From positions 48,604-112,603 of the forward strand of contig JAAYYE010000012.1 in the NCBI GenBank assembly GCA_012515515.1: DNA of 64,000 nucleotides, written 5' to 3'. Position numbers and translations under genes: made by a program. The DNA is from Minisyncoccota bacterium. Lineage in GTDB: Bacteria; Patescibacteriota; Microgenomatia; UBA1400; PJMF01. The notes under the pieces were generated by a model. The model was not told the origin of the DNA, did not search any database, and saw only the letters and a program-made list of their open reading frames with translations. Of the stretch, positions 21,288-30,363 are shown piece after piece. The first letter of the stretch is position 1. Each line of letters opens with the position of its first letter.

Positions 21288-21352
21288 AAGTCACTCTTGC
21301 TTGTCGCCTCGTTTTGTTTTTTAATAGAAGGTATCAATTAAAAAAGGAAAAT

Positions 21353-21571
21353 ATGCCTAAAAGAGTTTTTTGGCCTGCCACCTTAGTAATTATGGGTCTT
21401 ATTTCCATGGCCTCAAGCATGGGATTTCTACCAGAAATGTTTTGGAATCTCTGGCCAATAATTATGATTTTAGTTGGTTTGGGTGGATTAATTACTTCTG
21501 ATCAAGAAGAATGGCTTATTAAACCCAGCAGCAAACCAGCCAAAAGAAAAAAAACTGCCCGCAAAAAATAA
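21353..21571 (+). CDS. Small two-TM membrane protein (LiaF/DUF5668-like)
   Basis: Two TM helices with LWP motif and basic tail; AAGGA RBS before ATG 21353. Confidence 0.65.
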   Translation: MPKRVFWPATLVIMGLISMASSMGFLPEMFWNLWPIIMILVGLGGLITSDQEEWLIKPSSKPAKRKKTARKK

Positions 21572-21601
21572 TAATAATATTAATTTAGTCGGAAACTCTT
21601 T

Positions 21602-22324
21602 ATGAGTAAGTCTTCTTATTTCTTTCAAATTGCTATTGATGGACCAGTGGCTGCTGGCAAAGGAACAGCTTCTCGACTATTAGCCGAAAAAATTAATTTT
21701 TTGTATGTTGATACTGGAGCGATGTATCGCGCTGCTGCTCTCTTAGCAATAGAAAATCATGTAGATTTTAGTCAAGAAGATAAAATTGTTGATTTGATTG
21801 CTAAAAGCGATTTGGAGATGCGCAATCCCGAGGGGAATAAAGAAATGGACGGCCGATTAACGACCTTAATTTTGAATGGCAAAGACGTCTCTTGGGCAAT
21901 TCGTACTACTCAATGTAGTGATGGTGCTTCAAAAGTGGCTACCTTAGCCAAGGTGAGACAGATTTTAGTGGAAAAACAAAAGAAAATTGCCGAAACGACC
22001 AATGTGGTTATGGAAGGACGCGATATTACTTTTAAGGTTTTGCCAGAAGCAGATTTGAAAATATTCTTAACGGCTGATTTAACAATTAGAGCTCAACGTC
22101 GCCATTTACAGTACTTGACCAAAGGCGTTGATAAAACTCTAGAAGAAGTAATTGCCGAGGTTCAAGAACGAGATGAAAGAGATATGAATCGGCAAATTGA
22201 TCCCCTCCACGCTACAGCTGACTCTTGGATTCTAGACTCTAGTCAATTAAATATTGAGGAGGTAGTCGCTTTAATTGCTGATAAAGTTGAGGTAATGATT
22301 AAAGAAAAAGCAAAGCATTCATGA
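21602..22324 (+). CDS. cmk: Cytidylate kinase (bacterial type)
   Basis: IAIDGPVAAGKGT, DTGAMYR, MEGRDI and RDERDMNR motifs. Confidence 0.96.
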   Translation: MSKSSYFFQIAIDGPVAAGKGTASRLLAEKINFLYVDTGAMYRAAALLAIENHVDFSQEDKIVDLIAKSDLEMRNPEGNKEMDGRLTTLILNGKDVSWAIRTTQCSDGASKVATLAKVRQILVEKQKKIAETTNVVMEGRDITFKVLPEADLKIFLTADLTIRAQRRHLQYLTKGVDKTLEEVIAEVQERDERDMNRQIDPLHATADSWILDSSQLNIEEVVALIADKVEVMIKEKAKHS

Positions 22325-22521
22325 AAAAGAATCAGAGCGACGAGCAGCTAGCCTTTAAGCTGCAAAAGGATACCGAAAAAATTGAAAAAGATTATCAAGC
22401 CAAACGTCGTCGACAAAAAAAAGAAAAAAAAGAAAAAGAAGAACTAAGTCAGCAATGGCTGGCTCCAGTCCTATTGTTTGTCAGCATAATAATTGGCTAT
22501 TTGCTCTACACTTTTTTTTAA
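22321..22521 (+). CDS. Small tail-anchored membrane protein
   Basis: Charged N-part and C-terminal TM; overlaps the cmk stop (ATGA). Confidence 0.6.
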   Translation: MKKNQSDEQLAFKLQKDTEKIEKDYQAKRRRQKKEKKEKEELSQQWLAPVLLFVSIIIGYLLYTFF

Positions 22522-22535
22522 ATTAATTTTTTTAA

Positions 22536-25091
22536 TTAAAAAATTTGCCCACCCTGAAACTGAGCTGCCTCAATTGTTTTTTGTTCATTTGCCGCGGCTA
22601 AATCAATAAAATATTGATCGCTGCAAGCTTGCAGTGGTTCAGTACCCGCTACAAAAATTTCTTCTACTACTTTAGGGCAAGCGCTACAAGGTAAAGTCCC
22701 CGTTGTGGCACAAATTTTAACTTTTTTAAGATTGCTGGGCATCGCGAAGCGATGAGGATTTTGCTTATCAAGAAGTAAGAGAAAAATTTTATTCCAAATT
22801 GGCGATGCCCCGGTAATTCCAGAAGCCACATAGCTCATGGGCGTGTTGTCATTGTTGCCTACCCAAGTCGCAACCAAGCGATCCGTAGTATAACCAATTG
22901 TCCAGTTGTCCTTCATGCTGTTGGTGGTGCCTGTTTTAACCGCGACTTCTTGATTGGGAATATTTAACACCGAGTGCAAACCAAAAGCGCTAGCTCGAGC
23001 TTGATTATCAGACAAAATATCAGAGATTGTATAAGCCACGCTGGGGCTTAATTTTAAGGAAGTGTAACAATTAGTTGTAGAAATAGCACAATTATTAGAA
23101 TACAAAGTCTGACCGCCGGCATCTCTAATTTCTAAAAAAGGATTAGCTTCAACTGGATAACCTAAATTGGCAAAAGTGCTAAAGACTTCAACCATGTCGA
23201 TCATTAATACCTCGCCCGCTCCCAGGGTTAAAGATAAACCAAAACGACTAGGATCGGTCCAGGTGCTGATACCTAACTCTCGGCCTTCATTAATTAAATT
23301 TTGCACACCTAGCTCGGCTAACAATTTGACTGCTGGCACATTGTAAGAAGAAGCCAAGGCTTCTCTTAAAGTAATTTTGCCGCGAAATTTTCCGTCATAG
23401 TTGCGTGGCGTGTAGGGACGACTGCCAACTATTTGGTAAGTAATGCTGCTGTCCTCAATTAAATCACTTGGTTTTTTACCCTGCTCAAAAGCTAAGGCAT
23501 AAGTTAAAGGTTTAATGGATGATCCTGGTTGGCGTGGTCGAAGGGTCACATTAACTTGACCATCGTGAGCAAAATCGAAATAGTTCACTCCACCGATCAT
23601 CGCTAAAATTTCACCTGTCTTGGGATTGGTAACCAGGGCTGCTCCATTGCTAATGTGTAAATTCCCCAAAAGATTAATTTCTTCACTGACTATCTTTTGC
23701 ACCTCTTCTTGTAAAGTTAAATCCAAGGTGGTTCTGACTTCTAAACCGCCTTTTGCCACCAAATCTTCTCCATACATTTCAGCCAATAATTTTTTAACAT
23801 ACATCACAAAATGCGGTGCTTTAATATCAATCACATCCTCGCTAAACTGCAGTTTTTCTACTCTAGCTTCGTCTGCTTGTTCTTGACTAATATAGCCATC
23901 TTCAACCATTCTCCTTAAAACGTCTGCTTGTCTAGCTTTGGCTATTTCTGGATTGGGCCCATAGGGCGAATAAGTACTAGGAGCTTGTGGAAGGCCAGCC
24001 AACAAGGCACTCTCAGCTAAACTTAAATCTTTAGCTCTTTTGTTAAAATAGCGCCAAGAAGCTTCCTCAATGCCATATGTAGAACCGCCATAAGGCACTG
24101 TGTTTAAATACATTTCCAGAATTTCATCTTTTTCGTAGGCTCCTTCTACTACTAAAGACAATAACAATTCTCTTAGTTTTCTTTGCAAGGTTCGTTCATT
24201 GCTCAGCAAACGGCTTTTAACTAATTGTTGGGTGATGGTCGATCCACCCTGCACTTTATCACTAGTGACATTTGTAAATAGAGCCCGCAAAATGCCTACA
24301 GGTGAAAAACCAAAATGTTGATAAAAATTTTTATCCTCGATAGCAATCGTGGCATTAATTAAATGTTCAGAAACAGATTTTAGAGGAACCAAAGTCCTGT
24401 TTTCATCCTCGTAAATTCGATAAAGCATTTGTCCATTACGATCTAAAATTCGCGTCGTGAGATTTTGCTGCTGAGTACTTAGATCAGTGGCAGAGGGCAA
24501 ATCTTTAAAAACAAAATCATAAACTCCATAGCTAAATAATAAAAAAAGTAGAGAAAAAATAATTGAAGCAAATAAAGAAAAGTTAATACGCCAGCGTTTA
24601 ACTTTTTTTAGACCAGTTTGAAAATAAGCAATTTCTTTTTTTTGAAAAAGGATTTTTCTTAAACTAGTTAAGTAATTTTTTTTGAAAAATGAAAAACGAG
24701 TCTTCTTTTTTCTTGGTCGACCCACTCTTTTTTTTAGACCGCAAAATCTTAGAAATTTCTGCCAACGAGCTTGATGCTTTTTAAGAAATTGTTTTCGAGA
24801 TTTAGCATTCTTGTTTTTTCGCTGTTGCCAAAAACGTTTAAATTTAACAGTTTTGGCTAATTTTGGTCGGCCAGGACTCTGTTTAATTCCAGTTTTTTTA
24901 GCCAAAATTAAAAAGCCTGCTTTTATTTTTTTTGCGTTTTTTTTAATTTTTTTCTGCTTTTCTTTAATTTTGTCCAGAATAAATCTATAACACTTCACAT
25001 GAAAAGCCAATTGTGGTCGGCCACGTTTTCTTTTTTTTTGCTCTAAGCGATATTTTTTTTGCTTTTCTTGAGAATTTTTCCTGACTGCCAT
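22536..25091 (-). CDS. Class A penicillin-binding protein (PBP1A family) with long basic cytoplasmic N-terminus
   Basis: Transglycosylase EDKNFYQHFG and GGSTITQQ; transpeptidase SSIK, SYN and KTGT; likely start MAVRK at 25091. Confidence 0.95.
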   Translation of the reverse strand: MAVRKNSQEKQKKYRLEQKKRKRGRPQLAFHVKCYRFILDKIKEKQKKIKKNAKKIKAGFLILAKKTGIKQSPGRPKLAKTVKFKRFWQQRKNKNAKSRKQFLKKHQARWQKFLRFCGLKKRVGRPRKKKTRFSFFKKNYLTSLRKILFQKKEIAYFQTGLKKVKRWRINFSLFASIIFSLLFLLFSYGVYDFVFKDLPSATDLSTQQQNLTTRILDRNGQMLYRIYEDENRTLVPLKSVSEHLINATIAIEDKNFYQHFGFSPVGILRALFTNVTSDKVQGGSTITQQLVKSRLLSNERTLQRKLRELLLSLVVEGAYEKDEILEMYLNTVPYGGSTYGIEEASWRYFNKRAKDLSLAESALLAGLPQAPSTYSPYGPNPEIAKARQADVLRRMVEDGYISQEQADEARVEKLQFSEDVIDIKAPHFVMYVKKLLAEMYGEDLVAKGGLEVRTTLDLTLQEEVQKIVSEEINLLGNLHISNGAALVTNPKTGEILAMIGGVNYFDFAHDGQVNVTLRPRQPGSSIKPLTYALAFEQGKKPSDLIEDSSITYQIVGSRPYTPRNYDGKFRGKITLREALASSYNVPAVKLLAELGVQNLINEGRELGISTWTDPSRFGLSLTLGAGEVLMIDMVEVFSTFANLGYPVEANPFLEIRDAGGQTLYSNNCAISTTNCYTSLKLSPSVAYTISDILSDNQARASAFGLHSVLNIPNQEVAVKTGTTNSMKDNWTIGYTTDRLVATWVGNNDNTPMSYVASGITGASPIWNKIFLLLLDKQNPHRFAMPSNLKKVKICATTGTLPCSACPKVVEEIFVAGTEPLQACSDQYFIDLAAANEQKTIEAAQFQGGQIF

Positions 25092-25131
25092 GCTAAAAAG
25101 CATTTTAACATATCAAGAAGAAAAAAAGCGT

Positions 25132-27309
25132 CTAAATAGGACAAGCGCCAGACTCACATTTCATATGCTCCATGCTAATATCTTCTAGCAAAGCATTTTG
25201 ATCTTCCTGGCTAATCTCATTGATTACTTCCATAAATTGACTAATAGTGACTGCTTCTTCCGGCTGATATTCATAAGCAGTAATATCAATTTTTGGCATC
25301 ACACTACAGGTTTTAATGTGTGGTTGATATTTACGAATCATATTAGAAAATTTACGGTAAGAAACCTTTTCAGGATCATATTTAAGGGTATAAGAAATTT
25401 GGTTGCCTTTATCTTCGCTCAGTGGTTTCCCTGCTTCGTCCACGCCGCGAATCCAATATTTTTCGAGTAGCATTAGCCATTGATATTGCTCTTCTGGCGT
25501 AGCTTCACTGGCAGTGACTAGCTTGCCATTCATGCCCAAGCGACAAATTTCTGGTTGGGTTGGAAAACCGACAGCCGTCGTACCCTGATAACTTTTGAGT
25601 TCTTTAATTGGGTAACCTAATTTTTTATATTTTTTTACCAAGGGATCATCATCTCTAAATTGCACCCAACGAATATATTCGCGCATGGCTGGCAAATGAG
25701 CTCCTTCTGACAAAGCAAATAATTTTGAAGTCGTGCCAGCGGGCTTAATGGTCGTATTGGTATGAGGAGTGACTACGCCCAAAAGTTTGGCATATTTTTC
25801 AGCTTCATCTTCGACAGCCCGCTTAAAACGAGCAATAGTTAACCAAAAATCTTGGCTTTTTTCCTCATCTATTAAATCGTGAAAAGCATAGCCAAAAGCG
25901 TTCCAAGCGTATTCATGTAGTCCAGTCATCCCGACACCAATGCGATTGGTTCTTTGAACCTCTCTGGTATACAAACTATCCATATAAGTATTAACCCTAA
26001 TCAGCGCTCGAGTTGCAACGCGAAAGGCTTCTTCAGCGCTATCGGCATCAGGAGCAAAATAAGGCACCACGTCAGCAATCACACAATAACCTCCCAACAT
26101 ATTCAGTGTAATTTCACCACAAGGATTGGGAATTTGAGTGTAATATTTGGCACTGGCATATTTAGCCACTTCAGCCAACATTTTGAGAGTTTGTTTCATC
26201 GGCTGGAACTTTTTACTACTAGCATATTTCCCATCTAAATAACCATCAAAGCCTTCGTCATTTTGCACCAGACTATGCTGGTTAACAAAACCAGGCTCTC
26301 CCGTTCGATCAAAATAGGCAGAACGCATCACCGCATCTAAGACTTTTTGTGAATGCTTACTATTCTGCTTCCAAAATTTATCGTCAACAGCCACACTATT
26401 ATTAGCAGACCACAAAAAACCACCTTTTTTAATACTGATAAAATCAAAAATATCTGGATCAGTCCAAGTTTTAACTGAAATTCTAGCTGCTCGTCTAGCC
26501 CCTCCCACTAAGACACATTCGGACAAATAATGATCAACATACATGCTTTGTTTCCAGGGCTTAAGACCTGCTCCCTTGACTGTGGCCACACGCTGAATCG
26601 CTTTAATTAAGGGCCTGGGTCCAGAAGCCGGTCGACCCTGCATCCCACCAATCGGCGAACCCTTGGCTCTCACCTTGGAAAAATCTAAGATTAGGAGCTC
26701 ATCTTTATATTTTTTCTCAAAAGTCATTACCTCAATTTTTTCTATTGCTTGAGCCCAACCTTCACGGGTATCTGGCACTTCAAACCAATGAGCCTTACGA
26801 TATTTATGTCGAGCCTCTTTCACACTCTCATCTTCGCCCCAAGCAAAATCAGGATGCTGATCACTCAAAACACAACGAATAAGTGGCATATAATCCCAAT
26901 CAACCACCATCAGCGCATCATCATAAGCGCGACCCACTCCAGAACCATTCAACAATAAATAAAATAATAAAAAGCTTGAAGAAGCGGTGCTACAGTTTGT
27001 AAACACCTCCATATTTCTGCTGGGTTGTTCTGCATCCCCATGTTGTAGGTGCCGCCCGCTTAAAAGCAAAGAAGCATTAGATAAATGCTTTTTTAATAAT
27101 CGATATTCTTGCTGTTGATGTTTTGCCCATTTTTCTTCCTGTGGCAATAATGAGGAATTACCAATAGCAACCCTTTTTGCCACATCTTGCCAAGATTCTA
27201 GCTCGCCATTGGCTTTGGTCCTTAAAATAGTGCGTTTAGCTACTGCTTCACCTAAGCCTTTGGCCAATTGGCGGTTTTGAAATTGCATTTTTTTTCTATA
27301 GGCAGTCAT
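25132..27309 (-). CDS. nrdJ: Class II (adenosylcobalamin-dependent) ribonucleotide reductase, NrdJ-like
   Basis: FTNCS, GSGVG, GEPG, NPCGEI thiyl-radical motif, TTIKPAGT and C-terminal CESGACP; no radical-generating beta subunit nearby; downstream of nrdR. Confidence 0.85.
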   Translation of the reverse strand: MTAYRKKMQFQNRQLAKGLGEAVAKRTILRTKANGELESWQDVAKRVAIGNSSLLPQEEKWAKHQQQEYRLLKKHLSNASLLLSGRHLQHGDAEQPSRNMEVFTNCSTASSSFLLFYLLLNGSGVGRAYDDALMVVDWDYMPLIRCVLSDQHPDFAWGEDESVKEARHKYRKAHWFEVPDTREGWAQAIEKIEVMTFEKKYKDELLILDFSKVRAKGSPIGGMQGRPASGPRPLIKAIQRVATVKGAGLKPWKQSMYVDHYLSECVLVGGARRAARISVKTWTDPDIFDFISIKKGGFLWSANNSVAVDDKFWKQNSKHSQKVLDAVMRSAYFDRTGEPGFVNQHSLVQNDEGFDGYLDGKYASSKKFQPMKQTLKMLAEVAKYASAKYYTQIPNPCGEITLNMLGGYCVIADVVPYFAPDADSAEEAFRVATRALIRVNTYMDSLYTREVQRTNRIGVGMTGLHEYAWNAFGYAFHDLIDEEKSQDFWLTIARFKRAVEDEAEKYAKLLGVVTPHTNTTIKPAGTTSKLFALSEGAHLPAMREYIRWVQFRDDDPLVKKYKKLGYPIKELKSYQGTTAVGFPTQPEICRLGMNGKLVTASEATPEEQYQWLMLLEKYWIRGVDEAGKPLSEDKGNQISYTLKYDPEKVSYRKFSNMIRKYQPHIKTCSVMPKIDITAYEYQPEEAVTISQFMEVINEISQEDQNALLEDISMEHMKCESGACPI

Positions 27310-27320
27310 ATTTTTTCTTT

Positions 27321-27770
27321 CTATTCTTTGATTTTGGCAATCTCTTCTTCAAAATCAGCTAGATCGCCAAAATCTCGATAAACACTAGCAAATAATAAAT
27401 AAGAAAGAGGGTCTAATTTTTTTAAGCGGTTTAAGACTAAATTACCAATTTCCCAACTCTTTATTTCTTGAACATTTTTTTGTCGAAGCTTAGCCTCCAC
27501 TTCTTCAATGAGTAGTTCAATTTGTAACATGGTAATTGGTCTTTTCCAGGTTGCTTTCAACAAACCACGCTTAATTTTTTCTCGATCAAAATTTTCCCGA
27601 GAACCATCCTTCTTGATTACTTTCAAATCTACACCCTCAACTCTCTCATAGGTTGTGAAACGCTGCTCACAATCTTGGCAAATTCTTCGTCTTCTAATTG
27701 ACTCCCCGTTATCAGCTTCCCGTGAATCAATTACTTCGGTGTTTTTGCTTTTACAAAATGGACAATACAT
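27321..27770 (-). CDS. nrdR: Transcriptional repressor NrdR
   Basis: CPFC zinc ribbon, DSR, RRRRIC..C, RFTTYE, ATP cone and FASVYR. Confidence 0.98.
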   Translation of the reverse strand: MYCPFCKSKNTEVIDSREADNGESIRRRRICQDCEQRFTTYERVEGVDLKVIKKDGSRENFDREKIKRGLLKATWKRPITMLQIELLIEEVEAKLRQKNVQEIKSWEIGNLVLNRLKKLDPLSYLLFASVYRDFGDLADFEEEIAKIKE

Positions 27771-27815
27771 TTTTAGATTTTAATATGGTTATATCGCGCT
27801 ATTTTTTAGCGAATT

Positions 27816-27862
27816 CTACAACATTTTGTGGTTTAAAAGTTTTTGACCACAAAATGTAGTAT
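27816..27862. promoter_or_regulatory. Tandem NrdR boxes
   Basis: ctaCAACATTTTGtgg (27816-27831) and ccaCAAAATGTAGtat (27847-27862) match acaCwAtATaTwGtgt and lie 31 bp apart, upstream of nrdR-nrdJ. Confidence 0.8.
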
Positions 27863-27917
27863 TTTTAATAACTGGAATAAAAATATCTCACATTTGTGAG
27901 TATGCTGTCAATAGCAA

Positions 27918-28469
27918 TTACTGAAGTAACTGATCTCTCAGTAAAGTGGTTTCTTCATGCAATGACTTAAGCACTCGATTATCTGCATCAGTGAAATAAT
28001 TAAGATTTTCTTCGACAACTTCTTGATGCTCATCAAGGGCTTCCAAAACAAAAAAAACTAGCTGTTCAACTGCTGGGTCGTGGGTATTTTCATCATTTAA
28101 GCTTTTGACTTCTTGTAGAGCCTGGTTGTAATATTTTTGAGCCTTAGTAAAAGTGCTGAAAGCTAAAGCGGCCTCCTCCTTCTCTATTAAGCGACTGGCA
28201 TAAAAAACCCGCCGCTTAGCATAAGCGACTAATAAATAAATCCGTCGCTCACGATCTGCCATAGATAAGCGCAGGCGATCAAAAAGCATGAGAACAGGAT
28301 ATAAAGAGTGGTCTGGCAATATCTCTTTTTGCACATAGAATTTTCTGCTTTTAAAGTTTGGTATATCAGTCATTTTTGACTGGGAAAAAACATTGAAAGA
28401 AGTTAACAAGATAAATAGTGATACAGAAATTGCTAAGACAAGTAAGAATGATTTAAAAAATTTAGACAT
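27918..28469 (-). CDS. Secreted/anchored helical protein (DUF5667-like)
   Basis: N-terminal TM; ILPDHSLYP..FDRLRL and AKRR..A pattern. Confidence 0.65.
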   Translation of the reverse strand: MSKFFKSFLLVLAISVSLFILLTSFNVFSQSKMTDIPNFKSRKFYVQKEILPDHSLYPVLMLFDRLRLSMADRERRIYLLVAYAKRRVFYASRLIEKEEAALAFSTFTKAQKYYNQALQEVKSLNDENTHDPAVEQLVFFVLEALDEHQEVVEENLNYFTDADNRVLKSLHEETTLLRDQLLQ

Positions 28470-28492
28470 AAATTTTACTAAGTAGACGATGA

Positions 28493-29176
28493 TTAAAAAT
28501 GAACCAGCAAAATCATTCCCCAGATAGCCTGAGTCATTAATAAAGTATAAGCATTGCGCTGAACATAAAAGATTAAAGCTTGGCCAATAGCAAAAGCAAA
28601 TAATAAAATAGCGTGGACATAGGCTGTTTCCAAACTAAAACGTAAAAATAAATTAGGCAGATGGAAGATTAAAAAGATTAAGGCAACCAAGATAATTTGT
28701 GCAACTAGAGGCCATTTCTTGTAACGATCTTCAATCACCAACATAACAAAACTGAAAAAGAATAGGCTTTCAAAAAATCCAGTTAAAGTCGCTAGAAAAA
28801 GCTCCCACCAAAAATCATCAGCTAAGTAAAAAGCTTGTGCTTGAATAGGCCCAGGATTGATGAAAGCTTTGGTAATGAGCAAGGCAAAACCCAATATCCC
28901 GCCAATAATTAAGCCAAGTAATAAGCCTTTTTTTAATTTTTTGTAAGAGAAAGTGTCCATGGTGGCCGAAAAACCAGAAATGCTCAAATAAATTAAAACT
29001 GGTAGTGCAAAAAAAATACTTTTTCCCACTAATTCATCAAAAAAAACAGAGAAAGACGATAGCGCTCGATATAAAACCCAAAGAATAAAAACAACAAGCA
29101 GCAAAGGCCAAAATAATCGATGTTTTTGCTTTTTATTTTGTTGGCGCTTGGTTGTGGTTCTTTTTTTTGATGGCAT
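28493..29176 (-). CDS. CPBP/CAAX (Abi) family intramembrane protease-like protein
   Basis: Multi-TM; degenerate motifs FFESLFF (EExxFR-like), FLIFH and MTQAIW (His replaced by Gln). Confidence 0.65.
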   Translation of the reverse strand: MPSKKRTTTKRQQNKKQKHRLFWPLLLVVFILWVLYRALSSFSVFFDELVGKSIFFALPVLIYLSISGFSATMDTFSYKKLKKGLLLGLIIGGILGFALLITKAFINPGPIQAQAFYLADDFWWELFLATLTGFFESLFFFSFVMLVIEDRYKKWPLVAQIILVALIFLIFHLPNLFLRFSLETAYVHAILLFAFAIGQALIFYVQRNAYTLLMTQAIWGMILLVHF

Positions 29177-29795
29177 GCAGAGCTAGTTTTAAAGTTTCCT
29201 CTTGGTTGTGAGAATATGTATCGATAACTAAATCGTATATGTCTGGACGCCAAAAATCAAGCTCCGCGTTTGCAGCAACCCTTCCCGTCTCGACTAACCA
29301 ACTTTCCCATTCCTTTTTGTACATTCTTTGCCACTTAATTAAGTTGTCTTGATAGCGCGTTAAGGCATGATTTTTGGCTTCTTCAACACTGATTTTGTCG
29401 CGATTAACAATACGATCAATGCGTACCGCATCATCACTACAGACCATCAATATCTTTAAAGTTGTCGGGATATTTTGAGCCATAAAACCAGACAGCCAAG
29501 ACTCAATAATCCAACCTTCTTCGCCGAGAAGTTTTTCTCTAATTCCCATATCGACCTGACGATCAAAATCATCGCTATAGACCACGGCACTGTGATGAAC
29601 TTTTGATTTGGCATCAAACAAGCCTTTTTCATTGGCATAGGCACGCATGAACTCTCCTCCAGAAAAACCAGTAAAACCGGCGTATTTAAGCTCTTCACTC
29701 AACATTTTGAGCAAAGTAGTTGAGCCACAACCAGGCAAACCAGAAATTGTGACATTTTTGTAGTAAATATTTTTTAAAGATTCTATTGAAGACAT
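29133..29795 (-). CDS. Archaeal-type cytidylate kinase-like P-loop NMP kinase
   Basis: TISGLPGCGSTT, SGGEFMR, DRQVD, ESWLSG, RIVNRD and YDLVIDT; likely start 29795. Confidence 0.75.
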   Translation of the reverse strand: MSSIESLKNIYYKNVTISGLPGCGSTTLLKMLSEELKYAGFTGFSGGEFMRAYANEKGLFDAKSKVHHSAVVYSDDFDRQVDMGIREKLLGEEGWIIESWLSGFMAQNIPTTLKILMVCSDDAVRIDRIVNRDKISVEEAKNHALTRYQDNLIKWQRMYKKEWESWLVETGRVAANAELDFWRPDIYDLVIDTYSHNQEETLKLALHAIKKKNHNQAPTK

Positions 29796-29796
29796 A

Positions 29797-30300
29797 TTAA
29801 CTTTCAATCGCTTTGCTTTCATTGTGTTTGTTTAATAATTTTACTGTTTCTCGCATGACATTTTGCATTCTATGCAGATAAGCAATGGCCTCGCTTAGGC
29901 TTAAAACTTTCTCACCATTGGGAAAAAAATGAAAAACATGGTTGCGGCAAACCAACCAAGTTTGCCAAATTTCTCTAGCCAACTCTTGATTAAAAATCCG
30001 AGCAATATCATCAAAAAACCACCATTGATCTCGTTGTTTGGGACTGACATCAGGATTTAAGGCCCGACCAATACGAAAGCGCCGGCCATAATAAACCTTG
30101 TGGCTAATTAATTCTAAATCTAATAAAACCTTTTTAAGAAAACCCTCATAAGCCTTGGCCATAGGAAAAACCACAAAAGAGAAATCATTAATATTAGTGT
30201 CATTAACAAATTGCTCGCTTAAATAAAAGCTAGTCTTGACTAAATTTTGCTGCCAAGAATCTAAATATTGAAAACAGGGTTCTTCTTGAAAGGTTTGCAT
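29797..30300 (-). CDS. HEPN-domain protein (RnlA/LsoA C-terminal-like)
   Basis: DFSFVVFPMAKAYEGFLK helix and RNHVFH (R-X4-H) HEPN RNase motif. Confidence 0.65.
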   Translation of the reverse strand: MQTFQEEPCFQYLDSWQQNLVKTSFYLSEQFVNDTNINDFSFVVFPMAKAYEGFLKKVLLDLELISHKVYYGRRFRIGRALNPDVSPKQRDQWWFFDDIARIFNQELAREIWQTWLVCRNHVFHFFPNGEKVLSLSEAIAYLHRMQNVMRETVKLLNKHNESKAIES

Positions 30301-30363
30301 AATTTACTATTAAAGAAAAGTACATATCGATTATAATTGAAACAGCTAAAAAAATCCAAGAGC

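Noticed and set aside
20817-21350. tmRNA near smpB
   Set aside because: No GGGG...TCCACCA tRNA-like ends and no intergenic room
27771-27917. Cobalamin riboswitch upstream of nrdR-nrdJ
   Set aside because: The region is short and AT-rich, lacks B12-box motifs and is explained by the NrdR boxes
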